Origin: Candidatus Moraniibacteriota bacterium
Lineage (GTDB): Bacteria; Patescibacteriota; Minisyncoccia; Moranbacterales; GCA-2747515
DNA length: 64,000 nt
Reading direction: 5' to 3'
NCBI GenBank assembly: GCA_046116545.1
Contig: CP175956.1
Coordinates: 321,734-385,733, forward strand
Shown here: one piece after another, positions 29,504 to 39,003 of the stretch
Layout: every line of letters starts with the position of its first letter
How positions within the stretch are numbered: position 1 is the stretch's first letter
Position numbers and translations under genes: made by a program
The notes under the pieces: generated by a model
What the model was told of the DNA's origin: nothing
Seen by the model: the letters and a program-made list of their open reading frames with translations, nothing else
Databases searched by the model: none

Positions 29504-29530
29504 ATCTTCTCTTGAGAGAAGATTTTTTGT
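29504..29530 (+). terminator. rho-independent terminator (ATCTTCTC-TTGA-GAGAAGAT + TTTTTT) after a 21-codon ORF
   Basis: Perfect 8-bp stem plus T6; preceded by ATGAATAATAGATTG... (MNNRLMAIKQGKRIEFFERSL*). Confidence 0.55.
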
Positions 29531-29605
29531 TTTTTAAAATATCTAATAGCATTGTAGAATATTATTTCTACAAATAGAATTTCACTTACACAATGGGGTT
29601 ACATC

Positions 29606-30187
29606 ATGAAAAATATCACGTTTATTTGTACAAAAAAAGCCTTTACTAAGTTAAATGGATGGGCAAAAGAAATTTCAAATGCTACATTTCATGAACCAAA
29701 TTTGCTTCACAAGACAGAAACTGAGCTTGTGACAATTGCTAATTCTGAGCGTGCAATTATCGCGCTTAATAAAGACAAACAAATAGTTGGATTTGTAGTA
29801 CTGTGGTCACTAGGCATAGATTCTATAGGCAATAATTGGAATGAGATTGGCACTGTGTACGTACCCAAACATTACAGAGGTCAGGGCATTGGTAGTAAAA
29901 TCATGAATTATGCATTTAAACGTTGGGATAATCATAAAATTATGTCCACATCAAAAAATGTAAAATTTATACACATTGCTTTGAAGTCCATGATTCCTGT
30001 TTCTTCTGAGAAAGAGATGTTATGTGTAGTCCCACTAACATGTATTTGTGATGAATCCGATGGAGTTGCTGATGCAGTTAATTGTCCATTTCGCAACGAT
30101 AAATGCGTCTTCTTGATTTCAATAGCAACATCACTTACTGTAAATCACATCATAAGAAAAGATTCTATTGTACAAGCTGCTATTTAG
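29606..30187 (+). CDS. GNAT family N-acetyltransferase with Cys-rich C-terminal tail
   Basis: 193 aa; VGFVVLW...IGTVYVPKHYRGQGIGSKIMNYA is the GNAT motif A (R/Q-x-x-G-x-G/A). Confidence 0.6.
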   Translation: MKNITFICTKKAFTKLNGWAKEISNATFHEPNLLHKTETELVTIANSERAIIALNKDKQIVGFVVLWSLGIDSIGNNWNEIGTVYVPKHYRGQGIGSKIMNYAFKRWDNHKIMSTSKNVKFIHIALKSMIPVSSEKEMLCVVPLTCICDESDGVADAVNCPFRNDKCVFLISIATSLTVNHIIRKDSIVQAAI

Positions 30188-30255
30188 ATATACAAAAACA
30201 AAATGTGGTTGCCAATTAAAATTGGCAACCACATCTAACTACTTTTTTTAAAATT

Positions 30256-31140
30256 ATGAATATACAAAAAAAAGCTTCCAACATATATACTATTTCAAGC
30301 ACTCTTCCTGGAACAAGTATAATGATTCTCGGAGGAACTCATGGAAATGAATTAACTGGAATTATAGTTGTGCGCAAATTATTACAATTATTTTTAAATA
30401 AAAATATTATTTTAACACGTGGTTCTATCACTCTTGGATTTGGAAATGAAGAAGCTATTGCTCAAAATTCTAGGTGGACAAAATCTGGAAATAATTTAAA
30501 TAGATTTTTCACCAAAGAACAACTAAATAATACTGATTACTCCTACGAATCTTTACGTGCAAGAATTCTTGCCAACTTAATGCAAGAATCTGATATTCTG
30601 ATTGATTTACATTCAGTCAATATTCCATCAAAACCATTTTTAGCTTGTGAAAACACAATCAATCATCAAGAAATTACAAAATGGTTTACTGGTGCAACTG
30701 ATATAATAACTGATCCAGACTATATTTTGAGTGGTGGCCAATATTCAACAACTGATGAATATATGAACTCACTTGGCAAAATTGGAATTTGTTTTGAAAC
30801 AGGTTACTCAAAAGATACATCTTCAATTAAAACTGTACTGAAAAATATTTTATCAATTCTAAATGACCAAGGTCTTACAAAAAATAATACTGGACAAAGT
30901 CCAGTATTAAATAGAAATATTTATAAAATGCATTCACAGATAATCTTAACAGAAGCTGGTTTTGAATATATTGATAATTTTGCAGATGGTGAATTTGAAC
31001 CAGTCACAAAAAATCAAACAATAGGCTACGCAGGAAGTGCTCCCTACAAATCTCCAATTGATGGCATAGTACTTTTACAATCTCCACAAAATTTATGGAG
31101 ACTAAATGATGAGATAGGCTATATTGCTGAGAAAATATAA
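30256..31140 (+). CDS. succinylglutamate desuccinylase/aspartoacylase (AstE/AspA, M14-like) family protein
   Basis: 294 aa; MILGGTHGNELTGI zinc-binding H-x-x-E motif and downstream DLHS. Confidence 0.6.
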   Translation: MNIQKKASNIYTISSTLPGTSIMILGGTHGNELTGIIVVRKLLQLFLNKNIILTRGSITLGFGNEEAIAQNSRWTKSGNNLNRFFTKEQLNNTDYSYESLRARILANLMQESDILIDLHSVNIPSKPFLACENTINHQEITKWFTGATDIITDPDYILSGGQYSTTDEYMNSLGKIGICFETGYSKDTSSIKTVLKNILSILNDQGLTKNNTGQSPVLNRNIYKMHSQIILTEAGFEYIDNFADGEFEPVTKNQTIGYAGSAPYKSPIDGIVLLQSPQNLWRLNDEIGYIAEKI

Positions 31141-31149
31141 ATTATATTT

Positions 31150-31614
31150 CTACAATTTTATATATTTACCATTTTTGTAATTTTCAATTGGTTCCAGGGT
31201 TGTCTGTGTAGTTTTTGCTGGTAATTTATCTAAAGCAATCCATCTTATTTCATCACATTTTTCAGGCTCCATGTTTCTTGGTTCTCCTTTTGTGATATAT
31301 GCAATAAAATTAAAAGATGCCCAATGCTGTTTATCTAATTCGACAAAATGATCAGTATGTGGTAAATAACCCGTTATTTCTATTTCAATATCTAATTCCT
31401 CTTTAATTTCACGCTTCATAGCATCAATTGCTATTTCACCAAAATGTACACCGCCACCTGGTTTTGACCAAAAACCGACCTCATTACGAACTTTTTTTCC
31501 TCTTTTCATAAGAAGCGCTTCACCTTTGTCATTTAAAATCAGAACACCGCCACCCACACCTATGCAGTCTTTTCCACTTATTATTTTGCTCATTTTTTTA
31601 TAAACTTTACTCAT
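31150..31614 (-). CDS. NUDIX hydrolase
   Basis: 154 aa; Nudix box GGGVHFGEIAIDAMKREIKEELDIE (GX5EX7REUXEEXGU). Confidence 0.8.
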   Translation of the reverse strand: MSKVYKKMSKIISGKDCIGVGGGVLILNDKGEALLMKRGKKVRNEVGFWSKPGGGVHFGEIAIDAMKREIKEELDIEIEITGYLPHTDHFVELDKQHWASFNFIAYITKGEPRNMEPEKCDEIRWIALDKLPAKTTQTTLEPIENYKNGKYIKL

Positions 31615-32911
31615 TAACTAAGGTAATATCAACGCCAATACTTCGTAATCTTTCTTCCAAGTCTTCATAACCCCGATTTATGGAGTATACTCCACGAAGA
31701 ATTGATTTACCTTTTGCACCAATCATAGCAACTAACATAATGGCCGCTGGACGAAGTGCTGGCGGTGACATCAAATCTGCACTTTGTAATTTGGTTGGTC
31801 CAGTAACCTCAACACGATGTGAATCAATAAGTGTTATATTGCCACCAAGTCTATTCAACTCTGTGAAATATACAGCCCTGTTTTCATATACCCAATCATG
31901 GATTAAAGTTTTACCCTTAGCCATCATTGCAATCGGTACAAAAAATGGAAGGTTATCCATATTCAATCCAGGAAATGGTAATGCATGAATTTTATCTTCT
32001 AATGCTTTCAATCTTGAAGGAATCATTTTTATATCAACTAATACTGTCTTCTTATTTTTTGATTTATATTTTTTCAAGATTTCAAATTCTTGTCCCATTT
32101 TTGAAAGTTTTAATAGTTCCAATTCCAAAAATTCTATTGGGCATCTCTTCACTGTAAGTTCACTCTTTGTTGTAATTGCTAATGACAAAAAGAACATCGC
32201 TTCAATAGGATCCTCACTTATTTCATATGTAACATTTTTCTTTAACTTCTTCTTTCCTTTTATCTCTAAAGTTGTAGTACCTATTCCTTTTATTTTTACA
32301 CCTAGCTTCTCAAGGTAAAAACATAAATCTTGAACCATGTAATTTGAAGTAGCCATTTTTATAACTGTCTTACCAGGAATTTGTGCTGCTGCCATAATAG
32401 CTGTTTCCGTAACAGTATCTCCAGACTCATACAACACGTTACTTTCAATTGGCTTCAAAGTTCCTACTGATATATCAAACCCTTCTTTTTTTGTATCAAT
32501 ATTAATTCCATAATTTTCTAGTGCAAATAAATGTGGCTTTATAGTTCTCTCTCCCAACTTACATCCACCTGCCTGAGGTATGAAATATTTCTTATGACTT
32601 CCGCTCAAAGAGCTTATTAACATAATTGCACTCCTAGTTTTTTCTGCAGCTTCTTTATTAATTTTTTTCAAAGAAAAACTTTTTGGTGCATTTATTATTA
32701 ATGTACTTCCTTTTTTTTCAATCTTAACTCCAATACTTTCTAGTATCTCAATCCATCTATTCACTTCCTCTATTTGAGGAACATTTTTAAATGTTGTGGT
32801 TCCTGCATTCATCACAGAAGCAGCTAACAGCGCAACTGCTGCATTTTTTGAACCATTTACAGATATATTTCCACTCAACTTTTTACCACCATTAATTTCA
32901 AAATATTGCAT
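31607..32911 (-). CDS. murA: UDP-N-acetylglucosamine 1-carboxyvinyltransferase
   Basis: 434 aa; NGGKKLSGNISVNGSKNAAVALLAA N-terminus and catalytic-loop cysteine AGGCKLGERTIKPH. Confidence 0.9.
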   Translation of the reverse strand: MQYFEINGGKKLSGNISVNGSKNAAVALLAASVMNAGTTTFKNVPQIEEVNRWIEILESIGVKIEKKGSTLIINAPKSFSLKKINKEAAEKTRSAIMLISSLSGSHKKYFIPQAGGCKLGERTIKPHLFALENYGINIDTKKEGFDISVGTLKPIESNVLYESGDTVTETAIMAAAQIPGKTVIKMATSNYMVQDLCFYLEKLGVKIKGIGTTTLEIKGKKKLKKNVTYEISEDPIEAMFFLSLAITTKSELTVKRCPIEFLELELLKLSKMGQEFEILKKYKSKNKKTVLVDIKMIPSRLKALEDKIHALPFPGLNMDNLPFFVPIAMMAKGKTLIHDWVYENRAVYFTELNRLGGNITLIDSHRVEVTGPTKLQSADLMSPPALRPAAIMLVAMIGAKGKSILRGVYSINRGYEDLEERLRSIGVDITLVNE

Positions 32912-33011
32912 ATTTACATAATAAATTTATTGATATCTTTACCCTGAAGTATATGTTAAAACCCTCTTTTTTTCAAGGAAGTCTTTAGGATAATCTATTA
33001 CATTTAAGAGC

Positions 33012-33085
33012 CTTATTTACACTTCTGTCATTCCGGAAGTTACAAGTTCTTTTCGAACGAAGTGAGAAACCAGAACTTCAACTGT
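33012..33085. repeat. about 74-bp hairpin element with TGTCATTCCGGAAG... / ...CTGTCCGGAATC ends
   Basis: Imperfect long inverted repeat (TTCCGGAAGTTACAAGTTCT / AGAACTTCAACTGTCCGGAA); related ends at 61188-61262. Confidence 0.5.
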
Positions 33086-33542
33086 CCGGAATCTTTCAAA
33101 TAAATTTTTAAAAACTCCTTTATGACTAGATAAAAAGAAAATCGCCACAAATTTACTGTTGTAATTTAGTGGCGATAATTTAAATCAATTTCAATGAGAT
33201 TAATGTCCCTAAAAATCTCTTTGAAATGAGATGCGAAGATTTTCACATCTAGATGTAAGATATCAAAAAACATTGTTTTGATATTATTAGTTTTTATATT
33301 CTATTGTGTAAAGAACAAAAAATCGGTCTGAGCACTTAAAATTGCTCACCCGATTACTATGTAATTATAGCATGCCTAAACACAAAAGTCAACCTTCCCA
33401 CTTTAAGCTTAAACTCAAGTTCTAATTATAAAAAAGAATAAGCTTTAGCATTCCGTAAAATAGATTTCTTTTGTGAGGTGTACCCAGCTAAGGAATCCTT
33501 TGTACGGAATCTAATCATTACTATTATTGTGTACTATTAACA

Positions 33543-35540
33543 TTACCCAAGACCCCTAATGACCGTGTCAACAATCACCCATCCAAGCAATGATATAACT
33601 AGTCCTATTATTGCGTATAATATCCATTGCTTTGCAGTGTTAACTTTTGTATCATCACCAGCTGATGTTATATACATGACACCTGCAATAACAATAACGA
33701 GTACACTTAATCCTCCCACAAAACCAAGTATGACTTTCATAATGTCACCTATAATGTCTGCAATATTTGATGTTCCCCCTGAACCGTTATTTAATCCTAA
33801 TCCATATTTTTTATTACTAGTTTTAGATGGTGTTACATTTTTGTTATTTTGTATAGTCCCAGCATTAATGATATTTTGATCTTGATCATTTTTTGCAGTA
33901 TTTGTAGTAGTTACTTGTTTATAAAATGGGTTATTTAAATCACTATCAACTTTTGTATTATCTTTTTGTACATAACTCTTATTTATATTATCCTGATTAT
34001 CTGCTATTTCTAATTGATCTTTGTCAACTGAGCTCGTGCTATAAAAACTACTACTAACGTCAGCGCCTACATCACTTAGAAGTTTACGATAATTCATATC
34101 ATCATCAATATATCCAACTGGATATGTTTTTCCATTTTTATCAACAATCTTATTTTTTTCAAATTTATACCCTACTTGTAATAATTCACCAACTCGCAAA
34201 GCTCTGTTAAATGAGGCTTTATCATATTTTTTTGCATTATCTGATGTAATTGATATTCCTGTTTTTTCCCATTTATCACCAACTTTCTTATAATGACTAT
34301 ATTCTCCACTATTCTTATCATAAACCCAACTATTTTCCTTCAACTCTACTCCTCTGTGATACAAAACTTGTGAGTAATAACCATCCATATTTATTACACC
34401 TGAACTGTTTTTAAATATAGCTAAATTTCTTCCCATTTTTACATATGTATTATATCTATCATCCTCTTGTTTTGAATTACTTAATTCAATCCAAGTTCCA
34501 TCTAATGTACTAGCACTTTGTTTTTCCTCTTCTATCTCCTTTATGAAGCCATTCATTTTATATTCAATCATCTCTTTATCTTCTATTTCATGCAAAACCA
34601 ACTCTGATATAGTATTTTTCTTTTCTCCATTTTTGCCTGGTAAATAAAAGTTTCCATTTTCTTTATCATATTTATAACCCATTTTTGTCAAAACTTTATA
34701 CTGCGCTTTATCCGCTCCTATAATTTTTTGTTTATCTGAAATATCAGGGCTACTTATAAAACTCCTTGCTTCATATACATCTATTATTCCATCAGCATCT
34801 TTGTCATATTTTTCTGATACATTTCCTTCCAAGAATTCATTCGCAATAGTTGCCCCTGTATATGCAGCTGCTGAAGATGTTCCTCCATTTTGTGTTACCG
34901 AAGTAGCATACACATCAATGCTTCCGGTTTTTTGTCCTGAAGAATAGCCTTGTATTTTGTTATTATTATACTTAGGATCTAAGGCTCCCACAGAAATTAA
35001 AGAATAATTATTTGCCTGATTGTCAAAAAATTTTCCACCCTCCATTACATCACCTTTATTACCTGCTGCATTAACCACTATAGTACCATCTTCTGTTAAA
35101 TTATTTATTTCTTCTGTAAATTTTTTACTCATATAATCTGCACGAGATACACCGAAGCTCATATTTACAATATTTGCTCCATCATTTTTTGCAAGTTTAG
35201 TAGCTTCAATTAGCTGTTGATTTGAGAGGTTACCATCTCTATCAGTTGCATTAATAGAATGTAACTCAACTTCACCACTTTCTATTTTGTCTTTTAACTT
35301 ATCGTAATAAATCTTTGTCATAGTAGTTCCATGAGTTTCCTTTCCTCGTGCCATTCCATCAGTAAAACCACCAGTATCATGTAAATGCACTGCATCTTTA
35401 GGTAATCCCATTCCACTATTATACCCTGTGTCTATTATATAAATTTTTATAGGCTCTCCTTTTTTCAATCCTGCAGCAAATAATTGTATCGGCACCAACA
35501 CTATTATTATAAATGCTATTACACTAAATTTAATAAACAT
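33543..35540 (-). CDS. subtilisin-like serine peptidase (S8) with C-terminal two-helix hydrophobic (pilin-like) anchor
   Basis: 665 aa; signal/TM N-terminus; catalytic triad motifs IIDTGY (Asp), HGTTM (His), GGTSSAAAYTGA (Ser); C-terminal 70 aa with two hydrophobic helices (ILGFVGGLSVLVIVIAGVMYI...ILYAIIGLVISLLGWVIV). Confidence 0.75.
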   Translation of the reverse strand: MFIKFSVIAFIIIVLVPIQLFAAGLKKGEPIKIYIIDTGYNSGMGLPKDAVHLHDTGGFTDGMARGKETHGTTMTKIYYDKLKDKIESGEVELHSINATDRDGNLSNQQLIEATKLAKNDGANIVNMSFGVSRADYMSKKFTEEINNLTEDGTIVVNAAGNKGDVMEGGKFFDNQANNYSLISVGALDPKYNNNKIQGYSSGQKTGSIDVYATSVTQNGGTSSAAAYTGATIANEFLEGNVSEKYDKDADGIIDVYEARSFISSPDISDKQKIIGADKAQYKVLTKMGYKYDKENGNFYLPGKNGEKKNTISELVLHEIEDKEMIEYKMNGFIKEIEEEKQSASTLDGTWIELSNSKQEDDRYNTYVKMGRNLAIFKNSSGVINMDGYYSQVLYHRGVELKENSWVYDKNSGEYSHYKKVGDKWEKTGISITSDNAKKYDKASFNRALRVGELLQVGYKFEKNKIVDKNGKTYPVGYIDDDMNYRKLLSDVGADVSSSFYSTSSVDKDQLEIADNQDNINKSYVQKDNTKVDSDLNNPFYKQVTTTNTAKNDQDQNIINAGTIQNNKNVTPSKTSNKKYGLGLNNGSGGTSNIADIIGDIMKVILGFVGGLSVLVIVIAGVMYITSAGDDTKVNTAKQWILYAIIGLVISLLGWVIVDTVIRGLG

Positions 35541-35544
35541 TATT

Positions 35545-36354
35545 TTAATTTATATTATATTCTACGTGTGAAAAATATTCATATAGTATGTCTACATCCT
35601 TCTCATTTAATACACCTCGCTTTGCCTGTCTAATTAAATAATCATCTAACAGTTCTCTTTCTACAGGCTCATCAAAAAATAACATAATCAATCGTGGATC
35701 TCCTTCAATTTTTGAATAATCTATACTTCTTTGAGACATGATAGCCATTTCCGCATAAGTAAATCCTATGAATTTATCCAGTATTTTTGGAATAATAACT
35801 TCATTTATTTGTTTTTCTTGTTCTGGTGATAGATTTATTTTCTCGCTTGACTTTTGTTCTTTTGGCTTTGTGTCTTGAATTATTTCTCCCAAATTCACCA
35901 TTACAGTATCTGGATTATCTTTTATTTTTTTTAAATCAACATGTTCACCATAAGCATTTGACGTAATCATTAAAAATCCAATAGTTGCCATGACTAACTG
36001 TTTTGGTGTTATATATTTTTTTGCTATTTCTAAAAATGTTCGCTCATTACTTTTTATAATTTCTTGTTGATTTTCTTCTGTTAGTTTATTGAAAAACTTT
36101 TTTGTTTCTAAAATTGCCTGTTCCTTTGAAGTATTTGTATAAATTGATTCAATTTCTTCATAACTAAGTCCTGAAATTTCTTCTAGAAGCTCTAGCTCTA
36201 TATTTAACTTATCTGCTTTGTCTATTAACTTTTCTTTTTCTACATTATCTAATCCTAAATGTTCTGAATTTTCCGCTAATCGATTTAGTTTTTCTATTTT
36301 TTTTGATTTATCTTCTAAATCGCTTGATATTACTGGGTTTTCAAAATTTTTCAT
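35545..36354 (-). CDS. hypothetical protein (one internal TM)
   Basis: 269-aa ORF; MATIGFLMITSNAY hydrophobic segment. Confidence 0.4.
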   Translation of the reverse strand: MKNFENPVISSDLEDKSKKIEKLNRLAENSEHLGLDNVEKEKLIDKADKLNIELELLEEISGLSYEEIESIYTNTSKEQAILETKKFFNKLTEENQQEIIKSNERTFLEIAKKYITPKQLVMATIGFLMITSNAYGEHVDLKKIKDNPDTVMVNLGEIIQDTKPKEQKSSEKINLSPEQEKQINEVIIPKILDKFIGFTYAEMAIMSQRSIDYSKIEGDPRLIMLFFDEPVERELLDDYLIRQAKRGVLNEKDVDILYEYFSHVEYNIN

Positions 36355-36377
36355 ACTTTTTTAGTTAACGTCTATTT

Positions 36378-37646
36378 TTATAACTTTTTTTCATAATTAT
36401 CAGCCCACCATAAAACATCTTCACAATAAAATTTTGTGTTTGCTGTACTACATGTGCCCAAGTATCTACTTGCTGCCTTCCATTCACCGCTCTTTTTAGT
36501 TGCACCATCATTTGCTAGTTTCAATGCCATTGCCATAACACCATCTGTCAGACTCCATGGATCTGGAGGATTGTGTCCCGTCGCTCGTGCAATCTTTGAT
36601 TCATAACCTTTCCATGTATCTGACATAAATTGAGCAACACCCATGGCACCACCAGTACCTTTATAATTTGCTGGCGGACATGAAACCTTTTGTTTTTTAT
36701 AATTATAATCTAAGCCCTTACAGATATCTTTGAAAATATCTTTACGATAATCACTCATTCTACTTTCTTTATAATTACAGCCTCCTGTAAATCGCCCAAG
36801 ATTTGTTTCTACCACAAGCATGCCTAATATAAAATCCTTACGTACTCCTGTTTTCTTGCTTGCAAATTTTGCGGCTTTTACAATATCATCTGTATCAAAT
36901 GATATTCCAAGTAAAGAAGAAAGTTGATTTTCTACCGCGGAAAGTTTTGCATTAAGCTCAGCTATTGATGCATCAACCCTACCTATCTCTGTTTGTACAT
37001 TTGTAGATTGTACAAGAAGTGTTGATTCTATTTCTTTATGTTCAACTAACAATTTTTCTTTTTCTTTTTTAAGCTCGATTAATTCATTTTTCTTCTTTTC
37101 TTGTAATTGTTTTGCACTTTCAACTTTATTAACTACGTCTATAATTTTTTGACGCATATCATCTAAACTATCTATTTTTTTCAAAAATCTTTCTGAGCCA
37201 TCATTTTCAATTACATGAAGCAATGACTGATTTCCTGATGCAAAATATGCCCGCCTTATAGTATCTGCTAGTGAACTTTTGTATAATTCCACTTCATTGT
37301 TCAATGACTTTATTTGTGCGTCATGTCTATCCATGTCATCTTCTTTTTTCTCAATATCTGTTATGACTTCGTTTATTGTTCTTTTAGTTTTTCCAAGTGA
37401 CTGTTTAACTATATTCAAATCTCCTTGCAAAGATGCTTTCTTCTGCTCTTCTTTTTTTACTTTTTTTTCATATTTTTCTGCTTTTTCTTCATATTCATCT
37501 TCTTTTTCTTCAAGCTCTTCTTTTTCTTCTTCTGTCATTTCTTCATCTTCAGCATATACAAAGTTATTTCCTGCAAGAATAACGCAAAAAATTGCAAAAA
37601 TAAATACAAATATCCCAAATTGTTTTATGTAATTTTTATTTTTCAT
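36378..37646 (-). CDS. secreted coiled-coil protein with C-terminal lytic transglycosylase (MltB/SLT_2-like) domain
   Basis: 422 aa; signal peptide; long E/K coiled coil; C-terminal GAMGVAQFMSDTW resembles the MltB-family GxMQFMPSTW motif. Confidence 0.6.
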   Translation of the reverse strand: MKNKNYIKQFGIFVFIFAIFCVILAGNNFVYAEDEEMTEEEKEELEEKEDEYEEKAEKYEKKVKKEEQKKASLQGDLNIVKQSLGKTKRTINEVITDIEKKEDDMDRHDAQIKSLNNEVELYKSSLADTIRRAYFASGNQSLLHVIENDGSERFLKKIDSLDDMRQKIIDVVNKVESAKQLQEKKKNELIELKKEKEKLLVEHKEIESTLLVQSTNVQTEIGRVDASIAELNAKLSAVENQLSSLLGISFDTDDIVKAAKFASKKTGVRKDFILGMLVVETNLGRFTGGCNYKESRMSDYRKDIFKDICKGLDYNYKKQKVSCPPANYKGTGGAMGVAQFMSDTWKGYESKIARATGHNPPDPWSLTDGVMAMALKLANDGATKKSGEWKAASRYLGTCSTANTKFYCEDVLWWADNYEKKL

Positions 37647-37800
37647 TTACCCAGTTAAATTGCTTTGCACCAACAAATGATACTAACAACTTTCATTATT
37701 CAATATACTTATATTAACTTTTAGTCTACCCCTATATAACTAAATACAGTTGTTGGATTTAACAGGGTAACTACACTTATAATAACATGCTTTAACCAAT

Positions 37801-37831
37801 AAAAAAACCGGCCTTAACGGCCGGTTTTTTG
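37801..37831. terminator. bidirectional rho-independent terminator AAAAAAACCGGCC-TTAAC-GGCCGGTTTTTT
   Basis: GC stem flanked by A7 and T6; 16 nt downstream of the bL25 gene stop. Confidence 0.8.
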
Positions 37832-37846
37832 AATATGAAATATAAA

Positions 37847-38539
37847 TTATTTCTTTTCAGTTTTTTCTTCTTCTTTCTTTTCTTCACCTTCTTCACCATC
37901 CTCACCTTCTTCATCTTTATCAGCCATTCCTTCAATCTTTGATACATCTGCATCAACTTCACTATCAAGCTCTGCCATTTCTTCTTCTGTTCTAGGAGCA
38001 ATAACTGAAGCAATTGTTGCATTCTCATCTAATATAATTTCAACTTTATCACTAACTGAAACATCACCAACTGAAATACTATCGTCAAATGTAGCTAGTC
38101 CTGATAAATCAACTTCGATTTCATGAGGTAATTCAGCTGGAAGAGCTTTTACAACCAATGAATCATTATTCTTTATAAGAGTTCCACCTAATTCTTTTAC
38201 AGCAGCAGAAACTCCAACAAATACCAATGGCACTTCAGCTTCAACAGCCTCTTTCATATTTACTGCATAAAAATCAATATGTGTAAATTCATCTGAAATT
38301 GCATCTAATTGATAATCATATACCAAAACATTAACTTTTTTTCCATCTACATCAAGAGATACAACTGTGTTTGTTCCAGCCTTATCAAATAATCTTTTAA
38401 ATTCTGTAGCATCAACCCATATGCTTCCAGATTCGATAGCATTACCATACATTACTGCAGGCACGTTATTTTCAGCTTGTTTTCGAGCTTCTCGCCCTGT
38501 AACTTCTCTTTTTTTTGCTTTTAATACAATTGTTTCCAT
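37847..38539 (-). CDS. rplY: 50S ribosomal protein L25 / general stress protein Ctc, with acidic C-terminal extension
   Basis: 230 aa; METIVLKAKKREVTGREARKQ...VPAVMYG typical bL25 N-terminus; E/K-rich tail. Confidence 0.75.
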   Translation of the reverse strand: METIVLKAKKREVTGREARKQAENNVPAVMYGNAIESGSIWVDATEFKRLFDKAGTNTVVSLDVDGKKVNVLVYDYQLDAISDEFTHIDFYAVNMKEAVEAEVPLVFVGVSAAVKELGGTLIKNNDSLVVKALPAELPHEIEVDLSGLATFDDSISVGDVSVSDKVEIILDENATIASVIAPRTEEEMAELDSEVDADVSKIEGMADKDEEGEDGEEGEEKKEEEKTEKK

Positions 38540-38630
38540 AATATAAAAAATAATTACTTAATAAAAATCGATTATCTGTACACAATATCAGATCAAAATA
38601 TTTGCATCCAAATAATCTCTACTTATTTTT

Positions 38631-38957
38631 TTAGAACATATCACTTGCATATCCATCACATGTATCAAGATAATCATGCACAGCAATAACATCATTATCA
38701 GATATTGTATCTGACTCAAAAAATGTTCTAGCTTCTGTTGGATTTGTATCAGTAAGTACTCCTACTGTCATCATCCCGCCTTCATTTTGAGAAACAAAAA
38801 TCATAGCAGCTCCTGTACATTTCATGCATGAAACATGCATCACAGTTTTATCCTCATCAAAACCAAGTGGCACATATGACAAATTATTCCGCTCTGCACC
38901 GCAAACCGGACATTTTTGTGGAATTATACGATTTTGTTCTCCTCGTTCTATGTCCAT
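38631..38957 (-). CDS. hypothetical zinc-ribbon protein
   Basis: CPVCGAER...CMKCTG cysteine pairs; ATG at 38957 preferred over 39017, which overlaps the rodA stop. Confidence 0.4.
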   Translation of the reverse strand: MDIERGEQNRIIPQKCPVCGAERNNLSYVPLGFDEDKTVMHVSCMKCTGAAMIFVSQNEGGMMTVGVLTDTNPTEARTFFESDTISDNDVIAVHDYLDTCDGYASDMF

Positions 38958-39003
38958 ATAAACAATATAATAGTATAAAAAATGAAAAAATGCAAGTCTC
39001 CAA

